Source: Phocaeicola plebeius (GTDB taxonomy: Bacteria > Bacteroidota > Bacteroidia > Bacteroidales > Bacteroidaceae). From it: DNA of 64,000 nucleotides. The notes under the pieces were generated by a model. That model was not told the DNA's origin, made no database searches, and worked only from the letters and a program-made list of their open reading frames with translations. The translations under genes and the position numbers were made by a program. Below are positions 1 through 9,168 of the stretch, piece by piece. The stretch covers positions 16,840-80,839 of the forward strand of contig JALEPZ010000034.1 in NCBI GenBank assembly GCA_022767125.1. The letters run 5' to 3'. The stretch's first letter is position 1, and every line of letters starts with the position of its first letter.

Positions 1-25
1 ACAACAGGATAACTGTTTTTTTCAT
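1..25 (-). CDS. batE: 5' end of probable BatE (MKKTVILL..., truncated by window edge)
   Basis: ATG at 25 on the minus strand, 21 bp downstream of the batD stop, with a signal-peptide-like start. batE follows batD in Bacteroides. Only 8 codons are visible. Confidence 0.45.
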
Positions 26-46
26 ACGCTTCACTCTCCTACCCGA

Positions 47-1891
47 TTATTTATGTTTGATACTGTTTTCCATTTTGCTGATTACCTCCACCGAAGCTGC
101 ATAGACCTTGTCCATCGCTTCGCTCTCGTTGCCCGGTGCATAACGGGCCAGCTCACACTCGTTCAGGGCGGCAATAAAGTCCTGAATGTGTTCGGAGGCC
201 ACTCCGTGTCCGGCCAGTTCCGCTTCGATATTATCCTTTGACAACTGCGAAACGGGCATGCTCAGCTTGTCACTCATATACCCCCAAAGCGCTTTCAGCA
301 CCTCATCATAAAATTCATTCTTCTTGTTGGCTGCCAAGAGCTTTCCTGCCTGCTTCATCCGGCGTGCCGCCACTTTGTTGGCTTTCTTCGTCTTCACACG
401 GGCCACGTTAGCATTCTCCTGCGCCTGTTTGCGGAAATAGATGACAAAGGCGGCAAAAAGCAGGAAGGGTAGCAGATAGGCAGCCCAGTAGCGCCGCGTA
501 CCGAACAGGTAATCTCCTTTCTGGGTATAGGAGGTATCTCCCATCTTGATAAAGCGGATATCCTGGCCGATGACCTTCACGCTTTCCTTACTGGTGAAGT
601 CGGCTACCACCTGCCCGGCATTTCCCTGTCCTTTGGCCACCTTGATGGGGTAGGCTTCGGTCTTCAGCGTCTTGTAGGCATTGGCCTGTACATCAAAATA
701 GGTGAACTCTACAGGAGGAATAGTGAAGTCGCCTGCATGGCGCGGGATTGCCAGGTATTCGATGCTCTTGGATCCACTCACACCGGCACTGGTCACATCG
801 AAATTGTTCGTCACCTTCGGGTCGTAAACCTCGAAATCTTCTGGGAACTTCACCTCGGGAGTGCCCACCAGCTTCAGGTTGCCCGACCCGGTGATGGTCA
901 GTTTAAGGGTGATGGCATCGTTGGTTTTCACCTCCTTGGCATTGATGGACGATGTCAGGCTGAACTGCCCCACACCTCCGGAGAATCCTTCGGGTTTGCC
1001 CGGCAACGGGTCGACCTGGATGGTTACCTTGGGAGTTTGGATTTTCTTCTTGACTTCGACAATGCCTCCGCCGTTGAAGAAGGCATCAAAAGGATCGTCA
1101 GAAGTCTGTACGCGCTGGGCGATGATGCCCTCGAACTCTACCGACGGGATGTCGAGTTTACCGGTCTGTTGGGGGAACAGGACGAACTGCCGCCACACGA
1201 TGGTCTTGTAGTTACGACCTTTGTAATGCTCCAACTTCCATTCTTTCTGACTGGGCAAATCGATTTCCTGGGAATGAAAGCCCTTCAGGTCTGAAATGTT
1301 TCCGAGCAACTGCCGCAGGTCGAGGGTCGTATAGACCTTGTACGTCAACAGAATGGCCTCCTGCTCATGCACATGCGTCTTACTGGCTGTCGTCGTAAAA
1401 AACAGGTCGTTGGGGGATATGCGTCCCTGCGTCGACTGCGAGCGCGACACATTGCCCGTAGCAGCGCTGCCGGCATCATCGGCCTGGTCTTTTGGCAGTA
1501 CCTTGATGGTCAGTGCGTTCGAAAAGTACTTCTCGTTGTCCACTTCAATACTGGCGGCAGGGATGGTATAGGAACCCGCCTCGCCTGCCATCAAGATGTA
1601 CGTATACGTGACCGAACTGCTCGATGACATCTTGCCGTTGATAATCTGCGTACTGCTCTGCATCGAACGGGTAGGGCCCATCAGTACATCGAATCCTTTC
1701 CCGATAGACGGGGCCCGAAAATCTTTTCCTTTTTGGGTGTTCACCGTAAAAGTCAGTCGGAACTGGTCGCCGCTGACCACCACATCGGGTGCATCGGCAG
1801 TCAGGCTCACTTTGTCTGCCCAGACCTGACTCGCCAACGCAAACACCATCAGGAAGAACATCAGTTTTCTCATGCTATTCATTTTATTCAT
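47..1891 (-). CDS. batD: BatD aerotolerance protein (signal peptide, Ig-like repeats, C-terminal TM)
   Basis: 614-aa ORF with a signal peptide, motifs FDVLMGP and KGFHSQEIDLP, and a position after batC. The start may be at 1873. Confidence 0.9.
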   Translation of the reverse strand: MNKMNSMRKLMFFLMVFALASQVWADKVSLTADAPDVVVSGDQFRLTFTVNTQKGKDFRAPSIGKGFDVLMGPTRSMQSSTQIINGKMSSSSSVTYTYILMAGEAGSYTIPAASIEVDNEKYFSNALTIKVLPKDQADDAGSAATGNVSRSQSTQGRISPNDLFFTTTASKTHVHEQEAILLTYKVYTTLDLRQLLGNISDLKGFHSQEIDLPSQKEWKLEHYKGRNYKTIVWRQFVLFPQQTGKLDIPSVEFEGIIAQRVQTSDDPFDAFFNGGGIVEVKKKIQTPKVTIQVDPLPGKPEGFSGGVGQFSLTSSINAKEVKTNDAITLKLTITGSGNLKLVGTPEVKFPEDFEVYDPKVTNNFDVTSAGVSGSKSIEYLAIPRHAGDFTIPPVEFTYFDVQANAYKTLKTEAYPIKVAKGQGNAGQVVADFTSKESVKVIGQDIRFIKMGDTSYTQKGDYLFGTRRYWAAYLLPFLLFAAFVIYFRKQAQENANVARVKTKKANKVAARRMKQAGKLLAANKKNEFYDEVLKALWGYMSDKLSMPVSQLSKDNIEAELAGHGVASEHIQDFIAALNECELARYAPGNESEAMDKVYAASVEVISKMENSIKHK

Positions 1892-1913
1892 TATTCATTG
1901 TCTGTAGGCCGTC

Positions 1914-2612
1914 TTACCAGTCCTTCTCCAGTTTCTTTCCTCTCACTTGAATGGCCTTCTTCACTTTGTCCTGCACATTCTTCTCATCCTGCATCACGGC
2001 ATTGAGCAACTGCTCGGCATTCTCTTTGGACATCTGGTCCTGGTTCTGCTGCTGTTGTTGCTGTTGCTGTTGCTGCTGCTGGTCCTGGTTCTGCTGCTGG
2101 TCCTTGTTCTGCTGTTGGTCATCCTGTTTCTGGTCCTGCTTCTGCTGGTTCTGGTCCTGGTTTTGCTGGTCTTGCTGCTGGTCTTTCAGTAACTTCTGGG
2201 CCAGTGCCAGATTGTAACGCGTTTCGTCATCGTGCGGATTGTTGCGAAGCGACTGCTTGTAAGCCTCTATACACTGGGGGTATTGCTTCGAGGACTGCAG
2301 GATTACCCCCATATTATGGTAAATCTGCGCCAGCTTTCCTTTATCTGTTTCCAGCCGGGAAGCTGCTTCAAACTGTTCCATCGCCTCCTTGGCTTTCTGC
2401 TGCATGAGCAGCGCATTGCCCAGGTTGTAGAGAGCATCCGTCGACTTCGGGTCCTGATCAAGGGCCTTGCGGTAATCCACCTCCGCTTTGACAAACAAGC
2501 TGTCCTTGTAGAGTTTGTTTCCGCTACGCAAGTAGTCACGCGACGTCTTCTGACCGAAAACCACCGAGGCTACCGACAGCATCGCCAACAAGAGTATACT
2601 TTTCTGTAACAT
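1914..2612 (-). CDS. batC: BatC TPR protein with Q-rich tail
   Basis: TPR repeats (ALYNLGNALL, IYHNMGVIL, ETRYNLALA), poly-Q linker and a C-terminal LEKDW. Confidence 0.92.
   Translation of the reverse strand: MLQKSILLLAMLSVASVVFGQKTSRDYLRSGNKLYKDSLFVKAEVDYRKALDQDPKSTDALYNLGNALLMQQKAKEAMEQFEAASRLETDKGKLAQIYHNMGVILQSSKQYPQCIEAYKQSLRNNPHDDETRYNLALAQKLLKDQQQDQQNQDQNQQKQDQKQDDQQQNKDQQQNQDQQQQQQQQQQQQNQDQMSKENAEQLLNAVMQDEKNVQDKVKKAIQVRGKKLEKDW
2043..2180 (-). repeat. CAG/CAA-rich low-complexity tract encoding the Q/D/N linker of BatC, including a run of about 12 Gln
   Basis: (ctg/ttg)n on the plus strand, read directly from the sequence. Confidence 0.85.
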
Positions 2613-2613
2613 A

Positions 2614-3639
2614 TCAGTCCTGTTTAAAGAGTTTTATATTCTTGAACAATGGGTTCTTCTGCTCCAACAGCAGTACATCGGCCACCAGCAGGAGCAAAGC
2701 CAGCCAGGCCAGTACCTGAAACTGTTCGTCGAACTCCGTAAACACCTGTGTCTCCACATCGGCCTTGGCCAGCTTGTTGATTTCAGCATTAAGAGCCTTC
2801 TCAGCATTGTTGGTGTTGTCCACCCGCACATACATGCCGTTGCCGGCCTTGGCAATCTCCTGGCACATCTGTTCGTTGAGCCGTGTCACAATTACATTTC
2901 CGTCCTTGTCGCGACGGAATTCGTTGCTCCCCTCAGCAGGAATGGGCGAGCCATCTGGCGATCCGACACCGAGCACAAACACCCGAATGCCTTTCTTCAC
3001 CGCTTCGGCAGCAGCTTCCGTGGCCCCTCCTTCATGGTTCTCACCATCAGTAATCAGGACAATGGCACGCCCCACTCCTTCATTAGGAGTAAAGCTCTTC
3101 ATCGCCAGGTCGATGGCCCCTCGGATATCAGTGCCTTGCGTGGCGATGAGCGACGGATGGATGGTTTCCAGAAACATCTTTGCCGATACGTAGTCGCTCG
3201 TGATGGGCAACTGAGTAAAGGCTTCACCGGCAAACACGATCAAGGCCACCTTATCGTTGTTGAACTTTTCAATCAGACGCGACAGGAGTTTCTTCGACTT
3301 GTCAAGACGGCTCGGAGTCACATCCTGCGCCAGCATGGAGTTGGAAATGTCCAGGGCCACCACCGTCTCAATGCCCTGCCGCTTCACCGTTTCCATCTTC
3401 GATCCAAACTGCGGACGAGCCAGCATGAAGGCCATCATGGCCAACGAAGCGGCCAGCAGCCAGAACTTCACATCGGGGCGATACTTGGATACATCGGGCA
3501 TCAGCTGCGCCAGCAGCGAGGGATCGCCGTAGACACGCAACCGCTTCCGGCGGCGATAGTTGGAATAGACATACAACACCGCCACCACCGGCACGACGAC
3601 CAGCAAATAGATATACATCGGTTCTCCAAATCGGAACAT
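2614..3639 (-). CDS. batB: BatB VWA-domain protein
   Basis: MIDAS DISNSM, LITDGE, and N- and C-terminal TM segments. Confidence 0.92.
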   Translation of the reverse strand: MFRFGEPMYIYLLVVVPVVAVLYVYSNYRRRKRLRVYGDPSLLAQLMPDVSKYRPDVKFWLLAASLAMMAFMLARPQFGSKMETVKRQGIETVVALDISNSMLAQDVTPSRLDKSKKLLSRLIEKFNNDKVALIVFAGEAFTQLPITSDYVSAKMFLETIHPSLIATQGTDIRGAIDLAMKSFTPNEGVGRAIVLITDGENHEGGATEAAAEAVKKGIRVFVLGVGSPDGSPIPAEGSNEFRRDKDGNVIVTRLNEQMCQEIAKAGNGMYVRVDNTNNAEKALNAEINKLAKADVETQVFTEFDEQFQVLAWLALLLLVADVLLLEQKNPLFKNIKLFKQD

Positions 3640-3654
3640 AGCTTTCTTCGTTAT

Positions 3655-4653
3655 TTAAGGAATTTTCTTTAATACAGTGGTTCGCAACAGGACTTCGAGC
3701 AACACACACACGAAAGCCCACAGGCCGAATACGGCAAAGGCTTCCTCGCGCTTGCTGAATTCCTTCACGTTCAGCTTGGTCTTCTCCAGCTTGTCAATCT
3801 CGCGGTACACCTCCTTCAGCTTCGAGTTGCTCGTGGCACGGTAATAGTTGCCGTTCGTTGTACCGGCAATCTGCGTCAGTGTCTGCTCGTCGATTTCCAC
3901 CGGCACATTCACATACTGCACCCCAGCGTAGGTCTGCATCGGATAGGGCGCCGTCCCGTTGGTGCCAACCCCAATGGTATAAATGCGGATGCCGAACTTG
4001 CGGGCAATCTCTGCAGCCGTCAGCGGTGAAATGTCCCCCCGGTTGTTACTACCGTCGGTCAACAGGATGATGACCTTCGACTTGGCCTTGCTCTCCTTCA
4101 GACGACTCACGGCATTGGCGATACCCATGCCGATAGCCGTTCCGTCTTCAATCAGTCCCCGTTGGGCAATGTCGCCCTTAATGCCGTGAAACAGGTTGAG
4201 CAAAACCCCGTGGTCTACCGTCAGTGGACACTGGGTGAAGGCCTCTCCGGCAAAGATAGTCAGGCCGATATTGTCGTTCGGGCGACCATTGATGAATTCT
4301 GACGCCACCTGCTTGGCTGCCTCCAACCGGTTGGGCTTAAGGTCTTCTGCCAGCATACTGGTCGATACGTCCACCGCCATCATGATGTCAATCCCCTCCA
4401 TCTCCGTGTTCTGCCAGTTATCCGTGGTCTGCGGACGCGCCAGGACCAGCACCAACAGGATGAAGGCCAGCACACGCAAGATGAACGGAGCATGCAACAG
4501 ATACAGTTTCCAGCTCCGAGGAGCGTTCATATACATGCGGGTCGTCGAGACCTGCAAGGTAGGTTCTGTCTTTTTCCGCTTCAGGCAATACCATACGATG
4601 TAGGGTATCAGCAGAATCAGCAGGAACAGGTATTCAATATTCGCAAAAATCAT
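3655..4653 (-). CDS. batA: BatA VWA-domain protein
   Basis: MIDAS DVSTSM, GTAIGMG, LLTDG. ATG at 4653 (MIFANIEYL). Confidence 0.92.
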   Translation of the reverse strand: MIFANIEYLFLLILLIPYIVWYCLKRKKTEPTLQVSTTRMYMNAPRSWKLYLLHAPFILRVLAFILLVLVLARPQTTDNWQNTEMEGIDIMMAVDVSTSMLAEDLKPNRLEAAKQVASEFINGRPNDNIGLTIFAGEAFTQCPLTVDHGVLLNLFHGIKGDIAQRGLIEDGTAIGMGIANAVSRLKESKAKSKVIILLTDGSNNRGDISPLTAAEIARKFGIRIYTIGVGTNGTAPYPMQTYAGVQYVNVPVEIDEQTLTQIAGTTNGNYYRATSNSKLKEVYREIDKLEKTKLNVKEFSKREEAFAVFGLWAFVCVLLEVLLRTTVLKKIP

Positions 4654-4676
4654 AGTCCACACTCATGTTTTTAAGA

Positions 4677-5777
4677 TTAAAAGAACAGGTCGATGATTTG
4701 CCGCACCATTACATACAAGGCCACCGCTGCTCCGAGTGCTGTCACTGCAATGCTGGCCAGCAAAACCCTGCGTCCCTGCTTCGACCGCTTTTCCTCCACT
4801 TTGATTTCTGTCGGTTCCTTTTTCGCATGAGGGTCTTCCTCCTGCTTGGTCTCATTGATGAAGTCTATGGCATTCAGCAGGTTCATGTCGTTCTCGTTCA
4901 TCAAAGGTGCATGCTTGGCAAACTTCACGAGGTCGGCCGTTTCCAGCAGGCGCTGCAAGTCAGCCACCGACTCCTTATCTTTCTCCTGCAAAAGACGTTC
5001 GACAATCTCCGACGAAGTCATTTCCAATGCATTGAAGCCGAAACGTTCCCGTATGTAGGTACGAATGACATCCGTCAGTTCCGTATAATATAACTTAGGG
5101 TTCTCCCGCTGCACTGCCTTGTCGGCCTTAATCTGTTCAATCTGCTGCATGGCGGCCAAGTGGGGAGGCAGTTTGGGCTGTACCTTGATGATCTTGATGA
5201 TCGGCTTGTTATTCCGATAGCGGATAACAAAGAAGACAGCTACGGCTCCCAGCAGCAACATCGCCAGCACGGCATAGACCAGGACTGACACATCGTCCCA
5301 GGTCAACGGCACTGCTCGAACTGTCTTCGGACCGAAGAACTGATCGGGATGCAAGGTATCTACCGGCACCGAATAGACCTTCAGTGCCAAAGCCTTGGAG
5401 AGGTAGGGCCGGCCGTTGACCTTGACCTCGAAAGGAGGCAAGTAATACAATGCCGAGTCGAACGATGTCACCAAATACTCCTGAGAAACCACCCACCGCT
5501 TCCCGTTGTTCAGCCGCTGGGTATCCGGCTGGGCCACTTCCAGAATTTCTACTCCTGTCACCAGAGTATCTTTCAGCAAAGGAAGGGTCAGCGGGTCGTT
5601 GGCATTCAGGCTGACCTCCAGACGTATTTTCGTCTGCTCGCCAATCAGCAACTGCAGCGAATCGATAGTGGCTTCCACCGACACCTGAGCCGAAGCCACC
5701 ACAGCCACCAGCCAGGCAGCCAGGCAACACAAGGTTCTGAGTCCGTTCTTACCTTTATTATATATGTATTGTTTCAT
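4677..5777 (-). CDS. Conserved bat-operon membrane protein (DUF4381/BatD-like)
   Basis: Signal peptide, Ig-like region, internal and C-terminal TM segments; lies between DUF58 and batA as in other Bacteroides. Confidence 0.75.
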   Translation of the reverse strand: MKQYIYNKGKNGLRTLCCLAAWLVAVVASAQVSVEATIDSLQLLIGEQTKIRLEVSLNANDPLTLPLLKDTLVTGVEILEVAQPDTQRLNNGKRWVVSQEYLVTSFDSALYYLPPFEVKVNGRPYLSKALALKVYSVPVDTLHPDQFFGPKTVRAVPLTWDDVSVLVYAVLAMLLLGAVAVFFVIRYRNNKPIIKIIKVQPKLPPHLAAMQQIEQIKADKAVQRENPKLYYTELTDVIRTYIRERFGFNALEMTSSEIVERLLQEKDKESVADLQRLLETADLVKFAKHAPLMNENDMNLLNAIDFINETKQEEDPHAKKEPTEIKVEEKRSKQGRRVLLASIAVTALGAAVALYVMVRQIIDLFF

Positions 5778-5788
5778 CTCTCTTTCCC

Positions 5789-6658
5789 TCAATTTCTTTT
5801 AGCAAATAAGTTCAGCAAGGCCTTGACATAATCCTGATCGGTGCGCACCGATACAGCATCCACATTGCTGTGGGTGAAAAGATTGTTCAGTTTCTCACGG
5901 CGTTCCAACCACCAGTCATGATGAGCACGGCGCAACTTCCTCGAAGAAGTGTCAATCCACTGCTCATGCCCTGTCTCGGCATCACGTACCTTCATCAGCC
6001 CTACGTCGGGCAACTCCTCCAACCGGCGGTCGTAGACCTGGATGGCTACAACATCGTGCTTCCGGTTGGCGATGGTCAGTGCATTCTGGTAGTCATGATC
6101 ATCGAGAAAATCACTCAGCATGAATGCTGTACACCGCTTCTTCAGACTGTTCGTCAGGTATTCGATGGCACACTGTATATCCGTCCGCCGGCTCTCGGGC
6201 TGGAAATCAATCAGTTCTCGGATAATGTACAGAATATGCTTTCTTCCCTTCTTTGGAGGGATGAATTTCTCGATCTTGTCCGAAAAGAAAATGACACCAA
6301 TCTTATCGTTGTTCTGTATGGCCGAAAAGGCGATGGTCGCCGCAATCTCCGTCAGCATGTCACGCTTGAGCTGCTTCACCGTACCGAAATCCAGGCTGTT
6401 GGACACGTCGACAAGCAGCATGACGGTCAGTTCTCGTTCTTCCTCGAATACTTTCACGAAAGGTTTGTCAAAGCGAGCCGTCACGTTCCAGTCAATGTCT
6501 CGCACGTCGTCGCCATATTGGTACTCACGGACTTCCGAAAAGGCCATACCCCTGCCCTTGAAGGCCGAATGATACTGGCCGGCAAAGATATTGCTCGAAA
6601 GTCCGCGCGTCTTGATTTCAATCTGGCGCACACGTTTCAAGAGTTCGCTTGTTTCCAT
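5789..6658 (-). CDS. DUF58 domain protein (MoxR partner)
   Basis: FSEVREYQYGDDVRDIDWNVTAR and FEEERE motifs. Confidence 0.92.
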   Translation of the reverse strand: METSELLKRVRQIEIKTRGLSSNIFAGQYHSAFKGRGMAFSEVREYQYGDDVRDIDWNVTARFDKPFVKVFEEERELTVMLLVDVSNSLDFGTVKQLKRDMLTEIAATIAFSAIQNNDKIGVIFFSDKIEKFIPPKKGRKHILYIIRELIDFQPESRRTDIQCAIEYLTNSLKKRCTAFMLSDFLDDHDYQNALTIANRKHDVVAIQVYDRRLEELPDVGLMKVRDAETGHEQWIDTSSRKLRRAHHDWWLERREKLNNLFTHSNVDAVSVRTDQDYVKALLNLFAKRN

Positions 6659-6683
6659 TCCGTCACACTCCTTTCGTCAGGGT

Positions 6684-7679
6684 TTAGGGCACTTCGACCT
6701 TGTTGAGAATCTTGCTGACGATTTCGTCCGATGTCACATTGGTAGCCTCGGCCTCGTAAGTCAGCCCGATACGATGGCGCAGTACATCATGAGCCACGGC
6801 ACGTACATCTTCCGGAATCACATAACCGCGCCGCTTGATGAAGGCATAGGTACGGGCAGCCAATGCCAGGTTGATGGAGGCACGCGGAGAACCGCCAAAA
6901 CCAATCAGGCTCTTCAATTCCTTCAGACCGTACTGTTCCGGATAACGGGTGGCAAAAACAATATCGGCAATATACTGCTCGATCTTTTCGTCGAGGTAGA
7001 CCTGACGCACCACGCCACGAGCTTCAAGAATATCTTCCGACTTCAGAATCGGTCGCACGTTCACCTTTTCACCGCTGATGTTCTGGCGCATGATCTTTTT
7101 CTCCTCTTCCAGTTTCGGATAGTCGATAATGACCTTCAGCATGAAACGGTCCACCTGGGCTTCGGGCAACGGATAGGTACCTTCCTGCTCGATGGGGTTC
7201 TGCGTTGCCAGCACCAGGAAAGGACGAGGCAGTTCGAACGTTTCCTTGCCCAAGGTCACCTGGCGTTCCTGCATGGCTTCAAGCAAGGCACTCTGTACCT
7301 TGGCAGGTGCACGGTTGATTTCATCAGCCAACACGAAATTGGCAAATACAGGCCCCTTGTTCACCAAGAACTTCTCCTCTTTCTGACTGTATATCATGGT
7401 GCCCACTACATCGGCAGGGAGTAAGTCGGGCGTAAACTGTATACGACTGTATTGGGCATCAATCAACGATGCCAGGGTCTTGATGGCCAAGGTTTTTGCC
7501 AGGCCCGGTACACCTTCGAGCAGGATGTGACCATCGCTCAACAGACCGATCAATAACGATTCCACCAGGTGCTTCTGACCGACAATCACTTGATCCATGC
7601 CAGTCATCAAATTGGTAACGAACGCACTCTGGCGTTCAATACGTTCGTTCAACTCACGAATGTCAATAGCTTCAGCCAT
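6684..7679 (-). CDS. moxR: MoxR-family AAA+ ATPase
   Basis: GVPGLAKT Walker A, RIQFTPDLLPAD, LADEINRA, ATQNPIEQEGTYPLPEAQVDRF. Confidence 0.95.
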   Translation of the reverse strand: MAEAIDIRELNERIERQSAFVTNLMTGMDQVIVGQKHLVESLLIGLLSDGHILLEGVPGLAKTLAIKTLASLIDAQYSRIQFTPDLLPADVVGTMIYSQKEEKFLVNKGPVFANFVLADEINRAPAKVQSALLEAMQERQVTLGKETFELPRPFLVLATQNPIEQEGTYPLPEAQVDRFMLKVIIDYPKLEEEKKIMRQNISGEKVNVRPILKSEDILEARGVVRQVYLDEKIEQYIADIVFATRYPEQYGLKELKSLIGFGGSPRASINLALAARTYAFIKRRGYVIPEDVRAVAHDVLRHRIGLTYEAEATNVTSDEIVSKILNKVEVP

Positions 7680-7757
7680 AATTCTTTTTTTGTAGTAATA
7701 GTTTCAATTTTTTCTGTCATTCTGACCTCCCTCAGAAGGTATCATTTTTTTCGAAGC

Positions 7758-7765
7758 CAAAATTA
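7758..7765 (-). promoter_or_regulatory. Bacteroidetes -7 promoter box for the moxR-bat operon
   Basis: TAATTTTG on the minus strand matches TAnnTTTG, about 80 bp upstream of moxR. Confidence 0.6.
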
Positions 7766-7857
7766 CGGGAATAAATGAACAGAAACAATTAATATTCTTT
7801 AAAAACTCTTCCTGTCCACGGGTTTTTAAGTCTTATTGGACTAAAGAATTTAAAATG

Positions 7858-8853
7858 TCAAGGATCAGCAACAGGTTCCAGCTCAGGCACCCTGACCGTC
7901 AGACCGACCGGTACATGGTCGGCATCGGGAAGAATGTCCTTGTTATAACCAACCAGATACGTCCACAACCGTTTGTTGCCATAATACTTTCTGGCCAGTT
8001 TGACGAGGCTCTCTCCTGGCTGAATGGTATGCGTGGCTAACGTTCCCTTGATGCGGTATTTCACTGCATCGGACAGCACTTTCTTCTCGGGCGGTACGAC
8101 GGGAACGGCAGCCGCTTCCACCGGCTCGGCCACTTCGCTTCCGACAGCCGGAACAGTTACTGACGGAACCGAATCTGTCGCTACCAGGGTATCCACAGGA
8201 GCCACAAGAAGTTTCTGTTTTCCCTGAGCCGTATCGCCCACCGTCAGCAGTACCTTCTCCAGGGAGGCAGGGATGTACCGACGTCCCGAAAGAAGAGTCC
8301 ACACGATGGCACCCCCGACCAACACACCGACCAGCAACAAGGTGGCTATCATGCACCAGGGCAAGCGGAATACTTTCGGAGCGGGGTTCACTATAGCGGG
8401 CTTGTCCTTTTCTTCTTTAGCCGCTACGTGCATTTCGCTTTCTGCCGGCTGAGTCGATGGAAGGGGGGCCTGTGGAAGGGGCTCTTCCACGGCAACCGGT
8501 TCAGCCAGTGTTTCCTCCTCCGGAACCGACTGCGATTCTGCTGCCGCTACCGGTTCCTCCAAATCAGAGAAATGGGCCGTTTCCTTCAGCACAACCGGTT
8601 CGAAATGGGAAAACGGCCGATTAACACCATCACTCAACGTAGCATCAGGCTGGAAGATGACTTGCTGCTGTCCGGCTGCAGTCATCAGCTTGAACGTACC
8701 CAATCCCTTGACTTTCACATATTGATCGGCACGCAGACCTTCTGTCAGCTGCCCGAAGAACTGTCCGACAAACCGTTCGGCTTCTACCGGTGTCAGTCCG
8801 TGGCGTTCGGCCAGTTTCCGGGCCAATGTCTGTAACGTCATTTGTTCATTCAT
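7858..8853 (-). CDS. HU-domain / TM / LysM protein
   Basis: N-terminal HU fold (VKVKGLGTFK), P/E-rich linker, TM helix (IATLLLVGVLVGGAIVWTLL) and C-terminal LysM (HTIQPGESLVKLARKYYG). ATG at 8853. Confidence 0.85.
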   Translation of the reverse strand: MNEQMTLQTLARKLAERHGLTPVEAERFVGQFFGQLTEGLRADQYVKVKGLGTFKLMTAAGQQQVIFQPDATLSDGVNRPFSHFEPVVLKETAHFSDLEEPVAAAESQSVPEEETLAEPVAVEEPLPQAPLPSTQPAESEMHVAAKEEKDKPAIVNPAPKVFRLPWCMIATLLLVGVLVGGAIVWTLLSGRRYIPASLEKVLLTVGDTAQGKQKLLVAPVDTLVATDSVPSVTVPAVGSEVAEPVEAAAVPVVPPEKKVLSDAVKYRIKGTLATHTIQPGESLVKLARKYYGNKRLWTYLVGYNKDILPDADHVPVGLTVRVPELEPVADP

Positions 8854-9139
8854 GTTCCAAAAGATGCTTCGAGGAACCATCTGCCAGCCCTCCGTCAGGA
8901 TGGAAACGCACCACCAGGCGCGGAGGCACCAGCATCCGCTGGCCCGTCACGGGATTCCGGGTGATATGCTCCAGCTCCTTGTCGACGACAAATGACCCGA
9001 AGCCTTCCATCCGCACGTCGTGGCCTTCCTGCAACTCTTGCCCGATGGCGTCGGCCACCGATGCTGCCAGTACCCCCGCCTGTTCCACGGTCATGTCCGT
9101 CTGCTGGGCCAATGCTTCCAGATATTCCTTGTAATTCAT
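8846..9139 (-). CDS. HU family DNA-binding protein
   Basis: GFGSFVV and RNPVTGQRMLVPP motifs. Confidence 0.88.
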   Translation of the reverse strand: MNYKEYLEALAQQTDMTVEQAGVLAASVADAIGQELQEGHDVRMEGFGSFVVDKELEHITRNPVTGQRMLVPPRLVVRFHPDGGLADGSSKHLLEHE

Positions 9140-9168
9140 GTATTCACCTCCTTGTTGTCAGCTTCGGT

